IMG/VR virus record: IMGVR_UViG_3300005937_000016
Span: 2,425 to 66,424 of that record
DNA: 64,000 nt
Reading direction: 5' to 3' (one strand)
Source: a virus
Taxonomy: Duplodnaviria > Caudoviricetes
Below the pieces are notes generated by a model. That model ran no database searches, was not told the origin of the DNA, and saw only the letters and a program-made list of their open reading frames with translations. The first letter of the stretch is position 1. Every line of letters starts with the position of its first letter. Positions 42,910 to 53,069 of this stretch are shown one piece after another. The translations under genes were made by a program, and so were the position numbers.

Positions 42910-45900
42910 ATGGCTGGTCCGCTCGGGCGCCATACCCTCCAGTATCAGCAACCGCTCTACACCCCCGCCGCGCCGCTGCATAAGGGGCTGCTCGCCTGGT
43001 GGAAGGTCCTGCCCTTGCGGGTGCGTATGTTGCGCTGGGAGGACCTGACGGGGCGGTATCCGGCCACCGTGACCATTACCAGCGATGCCAATGGCGTCCA
43101 TCCGACCACCCGGCCAGGGGGCTGGGGCGACGTGCGGGCCACCGGCAGTCTTGACATCGCGACGCCTGCCACGAGCGCCTTCAGCTTTACCCAGGGTGGC
43201 ACGGATCAGCCCGTGACGTTCATGGGGTGGTTTTATCTGTCGAGCCTCGCGGGCAACCCGAGTCTCTTCTGGCGCAATAATGAGTACCGGGTCCAACTCA
43301 CCAGCACCAACCTGAATTTTTACGTGTACAGTTCGGGGGGGACGACCATCTATCTGGGTCGGCAGGCGCCGGGCGGGACGGCACTCTATCAAGATCAATG
43401 GGTGCACCTGACGGCGACCTATGATGGCTCCCATACGGCGGCGGGGTGTGCCCTCTACCGCAATGGCGTCCAGGTGGATACCACCAATTGGGTGGCGGGC
43501 ACCTACACGGGCATGGTGGGGGCGGCGGCCAGCACCTACTTCGCCAGCGCGAGCACGGGGACCGCGCGGACGGATGATATCCGTATCTATACGCGGGTGC
43601 TCGCGCCTGACGCAATCCGCGCGGCGTATCAGGCCTCCCGCCTCGGCTGGCCCGCGGGGCTGTCCCGGACCCTGTGGCCCGGGGCCGCGCTGGTGCCGAA
43701 AGTGATCGACCCGGACGCGATTCCCTGGGATATCGTCGTGCTGTGGAGCGGCACGGCAGCGACGATTCCCGCGGGCTGGGTGCGCGAGACGGCCCTGGAT
43801 GGCCGCTACCCGCGTGGCGCTCCGGCGGCGACCGCTGGCGGCGGTACGGGGGGCAGTGCCACCCATAGCCATACGACCACGGGCCATGTGCATACCACGG
43901 CGCATGAGCACACGATCCCCAACTCGGGGGCGGCCGCCGGCGCCAGTTCGCGGGATGTCGGCTCCACGAACCCCTCGGATACCCATACGCATACGGGCAA
44001 CCCGAATACCCCGGATCCCACCACGACGCTGGCCACGGATAGTCCGAGCACGAATGCGGTCAACCATGAGCCCGCCTATGTGGAGACGCTGTTCCTGCGC
44101 TCCCTCGGTGTGACGCATGGCTTTCCCGCCAACACCATTGGCCTGTGGGCGGACAGTGCGGCGGCTCCGACCAACTGGGCGCTCTGTGATGGCACGGCGG
44201 GGCGCCCGGATTACCGCGGGGTGTTTCCCAAAGGTGCCGCCGCCGCGACGGATCCGGGTGCCACCGGGGGCGGGGCCACTACCCATACGCATAGTGTTGC
44301 CAGTCACGCGCATGGGTTTACCTATAGCCATAGCCATCCGGGCATTGCCAGTGCGATCCGGGCGCAGGCCCTGGTGGCGGGCGATCAGAGCGGGGCCACC
44401 GCGGGTGTCGCGACGGCGACCCATACGCATGCGCTGACCTTTGGGAATGCGACGCCAGGCATTACGAGCAGCAGTGATCCGACCTCCAGCGCCAGTATTC
44501 CCGAGCCGCCCTATTGGGTGCTGGCCTATGTGCAAAATATTAGCGGGGCGCTCCAACAAACCGGTGAGATCATTGCCCTCTGGCTTGGGGCCGAAGCCGA
44601 TATTCCTACGGACTGGGCGCTCTGTGATGGCACGGACGGGACGCCGGATCTGCGCAGCCTCTTTCTCAAGGGCGCCAGTACGCTTGCTGGTATTGGGGGC
44701 AGTGGCGGCAGCAGTGCGAGTCATGGCCATACGGCGACGGGCCATAGCCATCCGGTCAATACCCATAGCCATAGTGTGACGGCCGCGACGGGGGCCGGGG
44801 AAAATCGTACGGCGGGCACGATTGCGAACGCGGCGACGACCGCGCATACGCATACGTGGACGGCGGCAACCACGGCGGACTTTACCTCGGGCAGCACGAC
44901 GCCGACGCTGCAAAGTGTGGCCGACATGCTGCCGCCCTACGTCAATGTCTTGTTCGTGCAGTGGCAGAAGCCTGCGGGGGGGCTCGGGATTACGGCCGAG
45001 ACCGGCACGCTGACGCTGACGGGGACGAGTACGCCGTTGCGGACCACGGTAGGGGCCGGAAGTGCGGCGGTGGCCCTAACCGGAACGGCCGTGACGCTCG
45101 GCGTTGCGTTGCCAGCAACGGTGGGCAGTCTCACGCTGAGCGGCACGGCGACGCCCCTGCGGGCGGTGCGGCGGCTCGCGGCGGCGAGTGGGACGCTGAC
45201 GAGCACGGGCACGGCCAGTCCCCTGGTCGTCACCGTGGCGGCGAGCCCTGGCGCGCTAACCCTGACGGGCACCGCGACCGTGCTCGGCCTGACCCTGGCG
45301 GCCGGGAGTGGGGCGCTGACGAGTACGGGCACGGATGCGACGCTGGTCTATACGTCGCTCAAGACGCTTCAGGCGGATGCGGGGATGCTTACCCTGACCG
45401 GGAGCGACGTGACGCTGGTGCATGGGATCGTCCGCCGCCTGCTCGCGGATCCTGGCGCGGTGATGCTGAGTGGAACCGGGACACCGCTGTGCTGGAGACG
45501 GAAGCTGCCCGCCGCCGCGACGGCCCTGACGCTGAGCGGCACGGCGACCCCGCTGCGGGCCACGCGGCAGCTCGTGGTGTCCAGCAGTGCCGCGACGGTA
45601 GCCGGGACCGCCACGCCGTTGCGGCTGACGCTGCCAGCGGCAAGTAGTGGGGTCACGAGCACCGGCACGGCCACGCCGCTCCAGCTGACGCTTGCGGCGG
45701 CCAGTGGGAGTGCGACGCTGACCGGGACGGCCGCGACGCTGACGCATCGGACGACATTGGCCTTTAGTCAAGGCCGCGCCGTTTTTGTGAACAAACTGAC
45801 GGGGGTGGTGGAAGGCGCGACCCATGCCCTCGATACGCCCAATCTGCTCGTGCAGGTGTATGACGCCACGACGCCCTGGGCGGTGCAATTCAGTGCAGCG

Positions 45901-48321
45901 GTCGCGATTGAGCCGACCGTGTTCGATGTCACGGTGACCTTTGCCCAAGCGCAGAGTGGCTACCTGCTGCTGGCGACGGGACCGGCGCCTTCCTACGGTG
46001 CGGCCCTCAGCGGGAGCACGGTCACGACGGTGCTCGGCACGGCCCATGCCCTCAATACGCCGAATCTCTTGGTGCAGGTCTATGACGGGACTGGCCTTCA
46101 GATGCCCGCGCTGATCGAGGTCCACCAGACCACCTATGATGTGCGGGTTACCCTCGCGCAGGCCCAGAGTGGTCGGGTGGTGATCGGCTCGGCCGTGCCG
46201 CCGGGGTCCCTGGCGAACGGCGTGAAGACGCTGAGCGGGGGCACCAGTACCAGCTATCCCGCGAGTGAGCATGGGCGCAGTACGCCGAATCTGCTCGTGC
46301 AGGCCTATGATGGCGGGACGCCGATGCGCCAGGTCCAGGGGCAGGTCACGGTCGCGCCCTCAAATTATGATGTCAGCGTGGTCTTTGCCCAGAATCAGAG
46401 TGGGCGGGTGCTGGTGGGCGGGGGCGGGGCCGCCGGGCCGCGCATCATGCCTGCTGACGCCGGTGCGCTGACGAGTACAAGTACGGCCACCACGCTGCGG
46501 CTGACGCTGCCGGTCGTGGCGGGGGCAGGGGCGCTGAGTGGCACGTCGGTCATCCTGGCGGTGAGCCTCCCGGCGCTGACGAGCCCGCTGACGTGCACGA
46601 GTACGCCCGCCGTGTTGGCGGGAACGATGCTTGCCGGAAGTGGCGTGCTCACGAGTACAGGGACAGCCACGCCGCTGCGGACTGCTCGACGGCTGACCGC
46701 GGATGCCGGCACGCTGATGGGTACCGGAACGTCTGCGAGTCTCCGTGCTGCTCGGCGCGTCGTAGCGGTGAGTGGGACCCTGACGCTCACGAGTACGGCC
46801 GCTCCCTTGCAGCATCTCGTGCGTCTGCTCGCGGCGGCCGGGAGTTTGCTCAGTACGGGGCAGGATGTCGGGCTCCTCTATGGGTCACAGAAGGTGCTGA
46901 GTGCCGATGCGGCGACCCTGACGCTCACGGGGACGGCGACGCCTGTGGGGACAGCGCGACGGCTGACGGCGGCGGTGGGGAGCCTCACCAGCACCGGGCA
47001 GGCCGTGCTGCCACAGGTCACGATGGCAACAGTCTCAGGGGCGCTGATGGCCGTCGGTACGTCTGCGACGTTGCGGCGTACTCACCGCCTTGATGCCTTT
47101 AGCGGGGCGCTGACGCTCGCCGGGCAGGCCGTCACGCTGCAGAGCACGCTGGCCGCGGCATCGGCCAGTCTCAGCCTGAGCGGCACGGCCAGTATGCTCC
47201 GCGTCAGCATGCCGGCGGCAGCGAGTGCCGGGACGCTCACGGGCACGTCGGCAGCGCTCGTCTATGGTGCACGCAAGGTGTTGCTGGCAGACGTGGACAC
47301 GCTGACGCTCACGGGCACGTCCGTGATTCTCCGGCGGCCGGTGCGCATGGGTGCCGACAGTGGGAGCCTGTCGCTGACTGGCACCGCGGCGATCCTGCGG
47401 GGCAGCCGCACGATGGCCGCGTTTACGGTCGGCCTCAGTGTGACCAGCACCGCGACGTCTTTGCGGCTCCTGCTGGCGGCCACGAGTAGCCCGCTGCCGC
47501 TCACCGGGACGTCTACGCCGTTGCGGCTGGTCGTGTCTGCCGGGGCCGGCAGTGTGACCGTCACAGGCATGTCGGCGGCGTTGCTCTATGGCTCCCAACA
47601 GGTGTTGCTGGCGGAAAGTGGAAGTCTCACGCTGACGGGCACGGGGACACCGTTGCGGTCTCTCAGGCGGATGGTGGCGGCCAGTACGACGAGCAGTCTG
47701 GTCGGGACCGCGACGCCGCTGCGGGTGACGGTGCTGGTGAGCAGTGGGAGTCTCACGCTGACAGGCACGGCGACGCCCGTACGCCAGAGCCATCGACTCG
47801 TGGCGCAGGCGGGGATGCTGACGCTCACCGGCCAGGATGCCGTGTTGCGCTATGGCTCTCGGACCATCCTGCTCGCCGAGGCGGGGGCACTGACGCTCAC
47901 CGGAAGCGCTGTAGCGGTCCGCGTGACGCTGCCGGCGGCGGTGACCGGGCTGACGCTCAGTCGTCCGGACGCCTTGCTGCGCTGGACCCAGCAGGCCGTG
48001 GCGGCGAGTGGCAGTCTGGCGATCGAGGGCATCCCGGTCAGCCTGGTTCTGTCCCTGCCGGCCGAAGCCGGACAGCTGATCCTCAGTGGCGAGGCATCCT
48101 TGACGCTGGTGATGCCTGCGAGTGCCGGGGCGCTCACGTTGGCGGGGACCGAGATTCGTTTTGACTATAGTGCGATTCCGCCGATTATGCGCCCGGCGCC
48201 GATCCCAGGCGGCGGCCTCGTGAGTTCCAATGGCACCGTCGGCACTTTGCGCAGTGGCGGCGGCGTGGCCCTGGGCTTGCGCCCCCATGCGAAGCCTGAA
48301 CCCGTCGGCGTGGAGGAGTAA
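42910..48321 (+). CDS. 1803-aa mosaic fibre: LamG + tail-collar/HxH needle + long LTLTGT repeat shaft
   Basis: LamG motifs; W.LCDGT.G.PD collars; many HxH motifs; dozens of G.LTLTGTA repeats. Confidence 0.75.
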   Translation: MAGPLGRHTLQYQQPLYTPAAPLHKGLLAWWKVLPLRVRMLRWEDLTGRYPATVTITSDANGVHPTTRPGGWGDVRATGSLDIATPATSAFSFTQGGTDQPVTFMGWFYLSSLAGNPSLFWRNNEYRVQLTSTNLNFYVYSSGGTTIYLGRQAPGGTALYQDQWVHLTATYDGSHTAAGCALYRNGVQVDTTNWVAGTYTGMVGAAASTYFASASTGTARTDDIRIYTRVLAPDAIRAAYQASRLGWPAGLSRTLWPGAALVPKVIDPDAIPWDIVVLWSGTAATIPAGWVRETALDGRYPRGAPAATAGGGTGGSATHSHTTTGHVHTTAHEHTIPNSGAAAGASSRDVGSTNPSDTHTHTGNPNTPDPTTTLATDSPSTNAVNHEPAYVETLFLRSLGVTHGFPANTIGLWADSAAAPTNWALCDGTAGRPDYRGVFPKGAAAATDPGATGGGATTHTHSVASHAHGFTYSHSHPGIASAIRAQALVAGDQSGATAGVATATHTHALTFGNATPGITSSSDPTSSASIPEPPYWVLAYVQNISGALQQTGEIIALWLGAEADIPTDWALCDGTDGTPDLRSLFLKGASTLAGIGGSGGSSASHGHTATGHSHPVNTHSHSVTAATGAGENRTAGTIANAATTAHTHTWTAATTADFTSGSTTPTLQSVADMLPPYVNVLFVQWQKPAGGLGITAETGTLTLTGTSTPLRTTVGAGSAAVALTGTAVTLGVALPATVGSLTLSGTATPLRAVRRLAAASGTLTSTGTASPLVVTVAASPGALTLTGTATVLGLTLAAGSGALTSTGTDATLVYTSLKTLQADAGMLTLTGSDVTLVHGIVRRLLADPGAVMLSGTGTPLCWRRKLPAAATALTLSGTATPLRATRQLVVSSSAATVAGTATPLRLTLPAASSGVTSTGTATPLQLTLAAASGSATLTGTAATLTHRTTLAFSQGRAVFVNKLTGVVEGATHALDTPNLLVQVYDATTPWAVQFSAAVAIEPTVFDVTVTFAQAQSGYLLLATGPAPSYGAALSGSTVTTVLGTAHALNTPNLLVQVYDGTGLQMPALIEVHQTTYDVRVTLAQAQSGRVVIGSAVPPGSLANGVKTLSGGTSTSYPASEHGRSTPNLLVQAYDGGTPMRQVQGQVTVAPSNYDVSVVFAQNQSGRVLVGGGGAAGPRIMPADAGALTSTSTATTLRLTLPVVAGAGALSGTSVILAVSLPALTSPLTCTSTPAVLAGTMLAGSGVLTSTGTATPLRTARRLTADAGTLMGTGTSASLRAARRVVAVSGTLTLTSTAAPLQHLVRLLAAAGSLLSTGQDVGLLYGSQKVLSADAATLTLTGTATPVGTARRLTAAVGSLTSTGQAVLPQVTMATVSGALMAVGTSATLRRTHRLDAFSGALTLAGQAVTLQSTLAAASASLSLSGTASMLRVSMPAAASAGTLTGTSAALVYGARKVLLADVDTLTLTGTSVILRRPVRMGADSGSLSLTGTAAILRGSRTMAAFTVGLSVTSTATSLRLLLAATSSPLPLTGTSTPLRLVVSAGAGSVTVTGMSAALLYGSQQVLLAESGSLTLTGTGTPLRSLRRMVAASTTSSLVGTATPLRVTVLVSSGSLTLTGTATPVRQSHRLVAQAGMLTLTGQDAVLRYGSRTILLAEAGALTLTGSAVAVRVTLPAAVTGLTLSRPDALLRWTQQAVAASGSLAIEGIPVSLVLSLPAEAGQLILSGEASLTLVMPASAGALTLAGTEIRFDYSAIPPIMRPAPIPGGGLVSSNGTVGTLRSGGGVALGLRPHAKPEPVGVEE

Positions 48322-48716
48322 TGGCGACACCTGTGGTCTTACCAGATGCCTTGATCGAGGGCACCACCGGCAGTTACAGTTTTGCCCTGGTCGATGGCAC
48401 CGGAGCCGCGATTGATCCCGGTTTTGTGGATACGCTCACTGCGACGTATTTTGACCTGGAGAACCATGTCATTGTCAACGGGCGGGATCACCAGGATATT
48501 CTGAATACCAACGGCGGCAGTCTGACGCAGGTGCCTGGTCCGCCGCTCGTCACGGTGGTCATGCTGGAGTTCACGCCAGCCGATACGGTGATTCTGAACG
48601 AGCATCGCCGCGTCGAGCAGCGCGTGCTGACCTTCGAGTGGTCCTGGGATGGCGGGCTGCGCCATGGGGCGCACGCAGTGCAATTTGGTATAGAGAATTT
48701 AGAATTTGTGCCCTAG
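48321..48716 (+). CDS. Hypothetical virion protein
   Basis: TAATG coupling; beta-rich. Confidence 0.55.
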   Translation: MATPVVLPDALIEGTTGSYSFALVDGTGAAIDPGFVDTLTATYFDLENHVIVNGRDHQDILNTNGGSLTQVPGPPLVTVVMLEFTPADTVILNEHRRVEQRVLTFEWSWDGGLRHGAHAVQFGIENLEFVP

Positions 48717-48724
48717 GAGGGCCG

Positions 48725-49531
48725 ATGCGACGCCTCTTCCTCTTGCTTGTCTTGCTGTGGCCGACCCTGCTCGCGAGCCCAAGGTATGCTCAGGCACAGT
48801 CTACTGTGCTCTATAATTCCAACGTCGTCATTGTGGGCCACGAAAATACCTGCACCAGCGGGCCGAGCGGTGGCACGGATGCGTATGCCTGTACGTTTGA
48901 TCGGGCGATTACGGCCTATGTCACAAAAGCATGCTACAAATTCACCGCAGACGTGGCCAATGTGGGGCCAGCCACGCTCAACCTGCACAGCCTCGGCGCG
49001 AAGACGATTAAGAAGGTCCAGGGCGGGATTACTACCGACCTCGGTGACAATGATATTAGGACAGGACAGATTGTTACTGTTTGCTACGACGGCCAAAACT
49101 TTCAATGTCAAAACTGCGCAGGAAACACGGCGACGGGCAGTACGTGTACGCCCTATGGCTCCTCCAAAGCGCTGACCAACAACACCGCCATTCCGATCCT
49201 GTCCGCGACCGTCGCCAATGGCAGTGTGCATGCGTCGCAGGTACGCTATGGCGTCGAGGTGACGAACGGCACCGACTACCAGGTCGAGGAGGGGCAGGCG
49301 TCGTGCCATGTGACGAACAAGGCGGGCACCATCGCCAATGCGACCTGTGTCAAGTACGGGAATCAGCAGGCCATGACGTCGGGCACGCTCACGGTGACTG
49401 TGGCGATTAGCGCGGCGAATCCGGCGGTTATTTCCATTAATGCCAATAGCTCGCTGACGCCCAGCGCGGGCTATCCGAAACTGGTCTATGAGGCGGTCAA
49501 TCTGACCGGGCAAGCCCTGGTCATTCCATAA
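48725..49531 (+). CDS. Signal-peptide-bearing tail-fibre-like protein
   Basis: Leader ending AQA; GGTDAYACT...AY......F.AD.AN.GPATLNL..LGAKTIKK domain shared with 4233-5951. Confidence 0.7.
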   Translation: MRRLFLLLVLLWPTLLASPRYAQAQSTVLYNSNVVIVGHENTCTSGPSGGTDAYACTFDRAITAYVTKACYKFTADVANVGPATLNLHSLGAKTIKKVQGGITTDLGDNDIRTGQIVTVCYDGQNFQCQNCAGNTATGSTCTPYGSSKALTNNTAIPILSATVANGSVHASQVRYGVEVTNGTDYQVEEGQASCHVTNKAGTIANATCVKYGNQQAMTSGTLTVTVAISAANPAVISINANSSLTPSAGYPKLVYEAVNLTGQALVIP

Positions 49532-49542
49532 GAGGGAACGGT

Positions 49543-50856
49543 ATGCGTCGTGTCTGCGGGCTGGTGTGCGGTCTCCTCCTCCTGGCACTCCCGGTGGCGG
49601 CCTGGATTACCGATACGGCCATCCATCCCCCGCCGTATTGTGGGGTGTACGCCTATGAGAGCTTTACGCCAGCCTCACCAGCCTTTCCGGCGGTGGGGGG
49701 GACGTATCTGGATCCGATCTTTGGGGAAGTGTTTACGCGGCTCACCAACGTCTATCCCTCGACCACCGCGGGCTCGCCGATTATCTATGGCGTCAATGGC
49801 CGCTGGAATGCCGACAATACCGCCTTTATTCATAGCCTGTCTGGTACGATCGTCGTGCTCAATCCGACCACGGGGGCGACGATCCGCAGTGGCGTTCCTT
49901 ATCCCTCGGGCACCACGGGTGAGCAGTCGTTTGATCCGGTGAGTGCCAATATCTATTACTACACCAGTGGCACCACCCTTCAGCAGTATGATATCTCGAC
50001 GGGCAGCAGCAGTACGGTCAAGAACTTTGGGAGCACCCTCGGTGGACTGGGGCAGTCGGCGGATTGGATCGATACAACGGGCACGTATTTTTTGCTCAAT
50101 ATTGCCGGCAGTGCCCGAGTCTGGAAGAAGAGTACGGACACGCTGTATACCGGCAGCATCACCATCCCCTCCGATGTGACCACGGGCGGCTGGGCGGGGA
50201 TCTCGCCGGATGGCAACTATGTCATCTTCTCCCATGCCAATTTCGGGACGAATCACCCCAAGGGTAGTTTTGCCGTGAACCATGGGACGACGACGCTTTC
50301 CACGACCGAGGTCATCTTCTGGGATGCCGGGGGCAGTGACCACGGCGATGTGCTCACCGCAAGCGATGGCAACACCTACATGATTGTGCCCCAAGCGCTC
50401 TACTCCATGTCGGGCAGTACGCGCCATCTCTTCCGTGCCCTGGTCACGAATAATGTGGCCGGACTGGGCTCCGCCCAACTGACGGCCACCGGCAATCAGA
50501 TGCTGCTACCCGTGCTCTCCAGCAATACGGTCGGGAATGGGGATTTTGCCTGTGGGGCGAAAGGGGCGTATCAGGACTGGTGTTATGCCAACATTGCGGA
50601 TCCAGCTGATACGCTGGGCAATCCCGGCACGTGGTATGCCTACCGGCAAGAAACGTTCATGATCCACATGGTCGCGCCCTTTGAAGTGCGACGCCTCATG
50701 CATCACCGCGCCCGCCCGCATCGGGGCTACTGTCGGCAGGTCCGTATGAGTGCGACGTGGGATGGCAGCAAGATCATGTTTACCAGCCCGTTCTCGGCAC
50801 CCGATCCCAATGCGGATTGTGGCTACTCGGACCTCTATCGCTGGGATGCCCCGTAG
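49543..50856 (+). CDS. Secreted beta-propeller-like protein
   Basis: Signal peptide ending VAA; repeated W..D/SPDG blade motifs. Confidence 0.6.
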   Translation: MRRVCGLVCGLLLLALPVAAWITDTAIHPPPYCGVYAYESFTPASPAFPAVGGTYLDPIFGEVFTRLTNVYPSTTAGSPIIYGVNGRWNADNTAFIHSLSGTIVVLNPTTGATIRSGVPYPSGTTGEQSFDPVSANIYYYTSGTTLQQYDISTGSSSTVKNFGSTLGGLGQSADWIDTTGTYFLLNIAGSARVWKKSTDTLYTGSITIPSDVTTGGWAGISPDGNYVIFSHANFGTNHPKGSFAVNHGTTTLSTTEVIFWDAGGSDHGDVLTASDGNTYMIVPQALYSMSGSTRHLFRALVTNNVAGLGSAQLTATGNQMLLPVLSSNTVGNGDFACGAKGAYQDWCYANIADPADTLGNPGTWYAYRQETFMIHMVAPFEVRRLMHHRARPHRGYCRQVRMSATWDGSKIMFTSPFSAPDPNADCGYSDLYRWDAP

Positions 50857-50864
50857 GAGGTGTG

Positions 50865-51269
50865 GTGCACGTGCGCTGGTATGTAAACGGCTTCCTCAGT
50901 ACCATGGGGCTCTGGACGGCGCTGGCCTGGAGTCAAGCGCCAACGGCGCCAACGGCGCCAACGGCGCCAACGGCGCCAACGCCGAGTACGCCCCTGTCCT
51001 GCGAAACGGTCCTGGCGCAGGAGTACCGTATCCTGGTGAGTGAGCAGCTCGTGCCCGCGGCCGCCTCGCCGCTGCCCTCGTGGCAGGCACAACTCACGGC
51101 GCTGGGCACGCGGGTCCGGGTGCTGACAACGCAGCTCAGCTCCAAGCGCCAGCAGGTGGAGCAGGCGGAGGAGAGCCTGGCGACGGTGCAGGAGCAGCTG
51201 CGGCAACTCCAGTGGAGCAACGCACAACTCACGCATGCCCTGGAGCAGGCCAGGAAGGGAGAGCCCTAG
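50865..51269 (+). CDS. Membrane/secreted coiled-coil protein with APT repeats
   Basis: RBS AGGAGG; hydrophobic N-terminus, (APT)n linker, C-terminal coiled coil. Confidence 0.55.
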   Translation: MHVRWYVNGFLSTMGLWTALAWSQAPTAPTAPTAPTAPTPSTPLSCETVLAQEYRILVSEQLVPAAASPLPSWQAQLTALGTRVRVLTTQLSSKRQQVEQAEESLATVQEQLRQLQWSNAQLTHALEQARKGEP

Positions 51270-51583
51270 TGCACGAGGTGATTCGTGACATGCTGCATGA
51301 AACGGTCCTTATTGCTGCGTACGAGGGGCAGGACAGTTATGGACGCCCCACCTATGGGCCTGCGATACCATCAGCCGCGTATATCGAGCTCCATTTCCAG
51401 ACACAGCTTGCGACCACCGGGGCGCAGTTGATGCACGAGACGGTGTTATGGTTGCCGCCAGAGGCGGTGATTGATGAGCGCAGTCAACTCACCTTACCTG
51501 ATGGACGCGTGGTCCCGATCGAGGGCCTGAAGCCTGTGAAAGACGAGTATGGGGTGCTCGATCACGTCCAAGTCTACCTCTAG
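51269..51583 (+). CDS. Head-closure (stopper) protein
   Basis: D.YG.PTYG......AY; LTLPDG....I....V.D..G..DH motif. Confidence 0.75.
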   Translation: MHEVIRDMLHETVLIAAYEGQDSYGRPTYGPAIPSAAYIELHFQTQLATTGAQLMHETVLWLPPEAVIDERSQLTLPDGRVVPIEGLKPVKDEYGVLDHVQVYL

Positions 51584-51597
51584 CCTGGGAGTACGTT

Positions 51598-52006
51598 ATG
51601 GCTGAAGTGTTTGCACTGACGGGTCTCGACATCGTTACCCGGAATCTCCAGCGTCTTGCGGCAGAAGCGGTGCCTCTTCTCGGTATCGCTGTGCAACAGG
51701 AAGCCGAGGCCATTCTTGAAGCCAGTCAACCGCTGGTGCCAGTTTGACACGGGGAGTTTACAAAGGTCCGGGAAGGTTGATAACTGGGCGATCATCGCCC
51801 CGAACGTCGTCGAGGCTGGTGTGCGATACGGTGGCACGGTGGGGGTCCAGGGCCGGGTCCCCGAACGCTACGCTGCCATTGTGGAGTTTGACATGACCAT
51901 GCCGCATCCACGCGGAGGGCAAAGCCATTACCTGAGCATGCCGACCTTTCAGGCCACCGCAGGCATGTTAAGCAGAATCGCTGATGCGCTCAGGATTGCG
52001 TTTTAG
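51598..52006 (+). CDS. HK97 gp10-like tail-completion protein, split by a +1 frameshift at 51742-51748
   Basis: Frame 1 reads MAEVFALTGLD...SQPLVPV then TGA; skipping one T gives the conserved VPVDTG.L..SG and YA.IVE motifs. Confidence 0.75.
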
Positions 52007-52219
52007 AGGGGACATGTATGGGCGTTTCCTGTGGGACGGTCTTGACGCTCGGGGCCCTGGGGTGCTTTCTGGCAGCCCTCTACGCACGCGAATCCTCGGC
52101 GTTGTTTTTGGTCTGCGGGTGGGGCTTGTTTTGGTGTGCATGGCTCATGCCATGACGGATGTGTCAATCCAGCCATACGCCTCTCCCTTCTTGCTGCCTG
52201 CCGCGAAAGGAGGTACGCC

Positions 52220-52492
52220 ATGGCTCAGCCCAGACGGGGGCACGATAGCTACGGGAGACCGTTACCGACCCTGGTCCCGCCATCGGAGCCTGCGCCCCAT
52301 GTGGCGCTGCCGCAAAATCGGGCCATGCGGGATTATGTCCTGGCGTTACTGGATGCCACCTATGCGGACGTCCTGCATCCCGGCGTACGGGCGCAGATCG
52401 CGGTGCATCTCACCGTCGTGGATGGGCGCTTGCAGCCCATCGTGGATTGTACGGTGACGCAGCAGTACCGCGTGGAACAGGAGGGACGATAA
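52220..52492 (+). CDS. Hypothetical protein
   Basis: RBS AGGAGG. Confidence 0.55.
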   Translation: MAQPRRGHDSYGRPLPTLVPPSEPAPHVALPQNRAMRDYVLALLDATYADVLHPGVRAQIAVHLTVVDGRLQPIVDCTVTQQYRVEQEGR

Positions 52493-52914
52493 TGGTCTTA
52501 GATGATCTCGGGGTCTTCCTGCAAGACAACGGGTTCGGTGTCCTTGGGCAGTCGCTCTTCTTGGGCACGATCCCGATGGATGCCCCTGGCAATGGCGTGC
52601 AGGATGCGATCCTTGCCCTTTTAGAAGCCCCAGGACTCCCACCCCGGATGACCCATGACCTGCGAGGGCCATCCGTAGAAATGGCCCGGATTCAGTGTCG
52701 TTGGAGAGGCAATCCTCATGGCTATGAAGCCGCACGAGGCATGGCGGGGGAAGCCTTTAAGCTGTTGGCGAGTGTCGTCAATCAGACCATCAATGGCGTC
52801 TGGTATCAACAGATTCTGCCCCTCGGGGGACCATTCGGACTCCCGCCTGACGAGTGGAACCGCCCGTTTGTACTGTTTGAGATCCTCGCGGCCCGCGATG
52901 CCCAGGCCCCGTAA
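52492..52914 (+). CDS. Tail terminator / minor capsid-type protein
   Basis: DL...L...G.G..G..LF.G..P; QCR.RG...YE.A. Confidence 0.75.
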   Translation: MVLDDLGVFLQDNGFGVLGQSLFLGTIPMDAPGNGVQDAILALLEAPGLPPRMTHDLRGPSVEMARIQCRWRGNPHGYEAARGMAGEAFKLLASVVNQTINGVWYQQILPLGGPFGLPPDEWNRPFVLFEILAARDAQAP

Positions 52915-53009
52915 AAATCCTGCGTGCATCCCGCGTGCCGCTATGCTACGCTAGAAAGCCTATCGTCCACTCGCCTGGACTCGTCGCACGCCAGTAGGGC
53001 AGTCCGATC

Positions 53010-53052
53010 AGCCAGCGCACAGGGAATGATCCCTTGCGGCTGGCTTTTTTTT
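53010..53052 (+). terminator. Intrinsic terminator before the tail-tube genes
   Basis: AGCCAGC-GCA-AGGGA loop TCCCT-TGC-GCTGGCT stem followed by a T-run. Confidence 0.8.
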
Positions 53053-53069
53053 CTGTTCGGAGCTGCCTC

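Noticed and set aside
42880-44913. Long antisense ORFs (42880-44913, 45256-46272, 47035-48330, 58680-59864, 3900-5276 and others)
   Set aside because: These are GC-rich shadow frames opposite well-supported genes, with no domain motifs.
42910-48321. Diversity-generating retroelement acting on the fibre genes
   Set aside because: No reverse transcriptase gene and no TR/VR pair differing only at adenines were seen.
50934-50982. 9-nt tandem repeat (APT)n, and similar repeats at about 62195-62240, 53078-53120 and 7960-7990
   Set aside because: They are in-frame low-complexity linkers inside proteins, with no variable slot and no adjacent effector.
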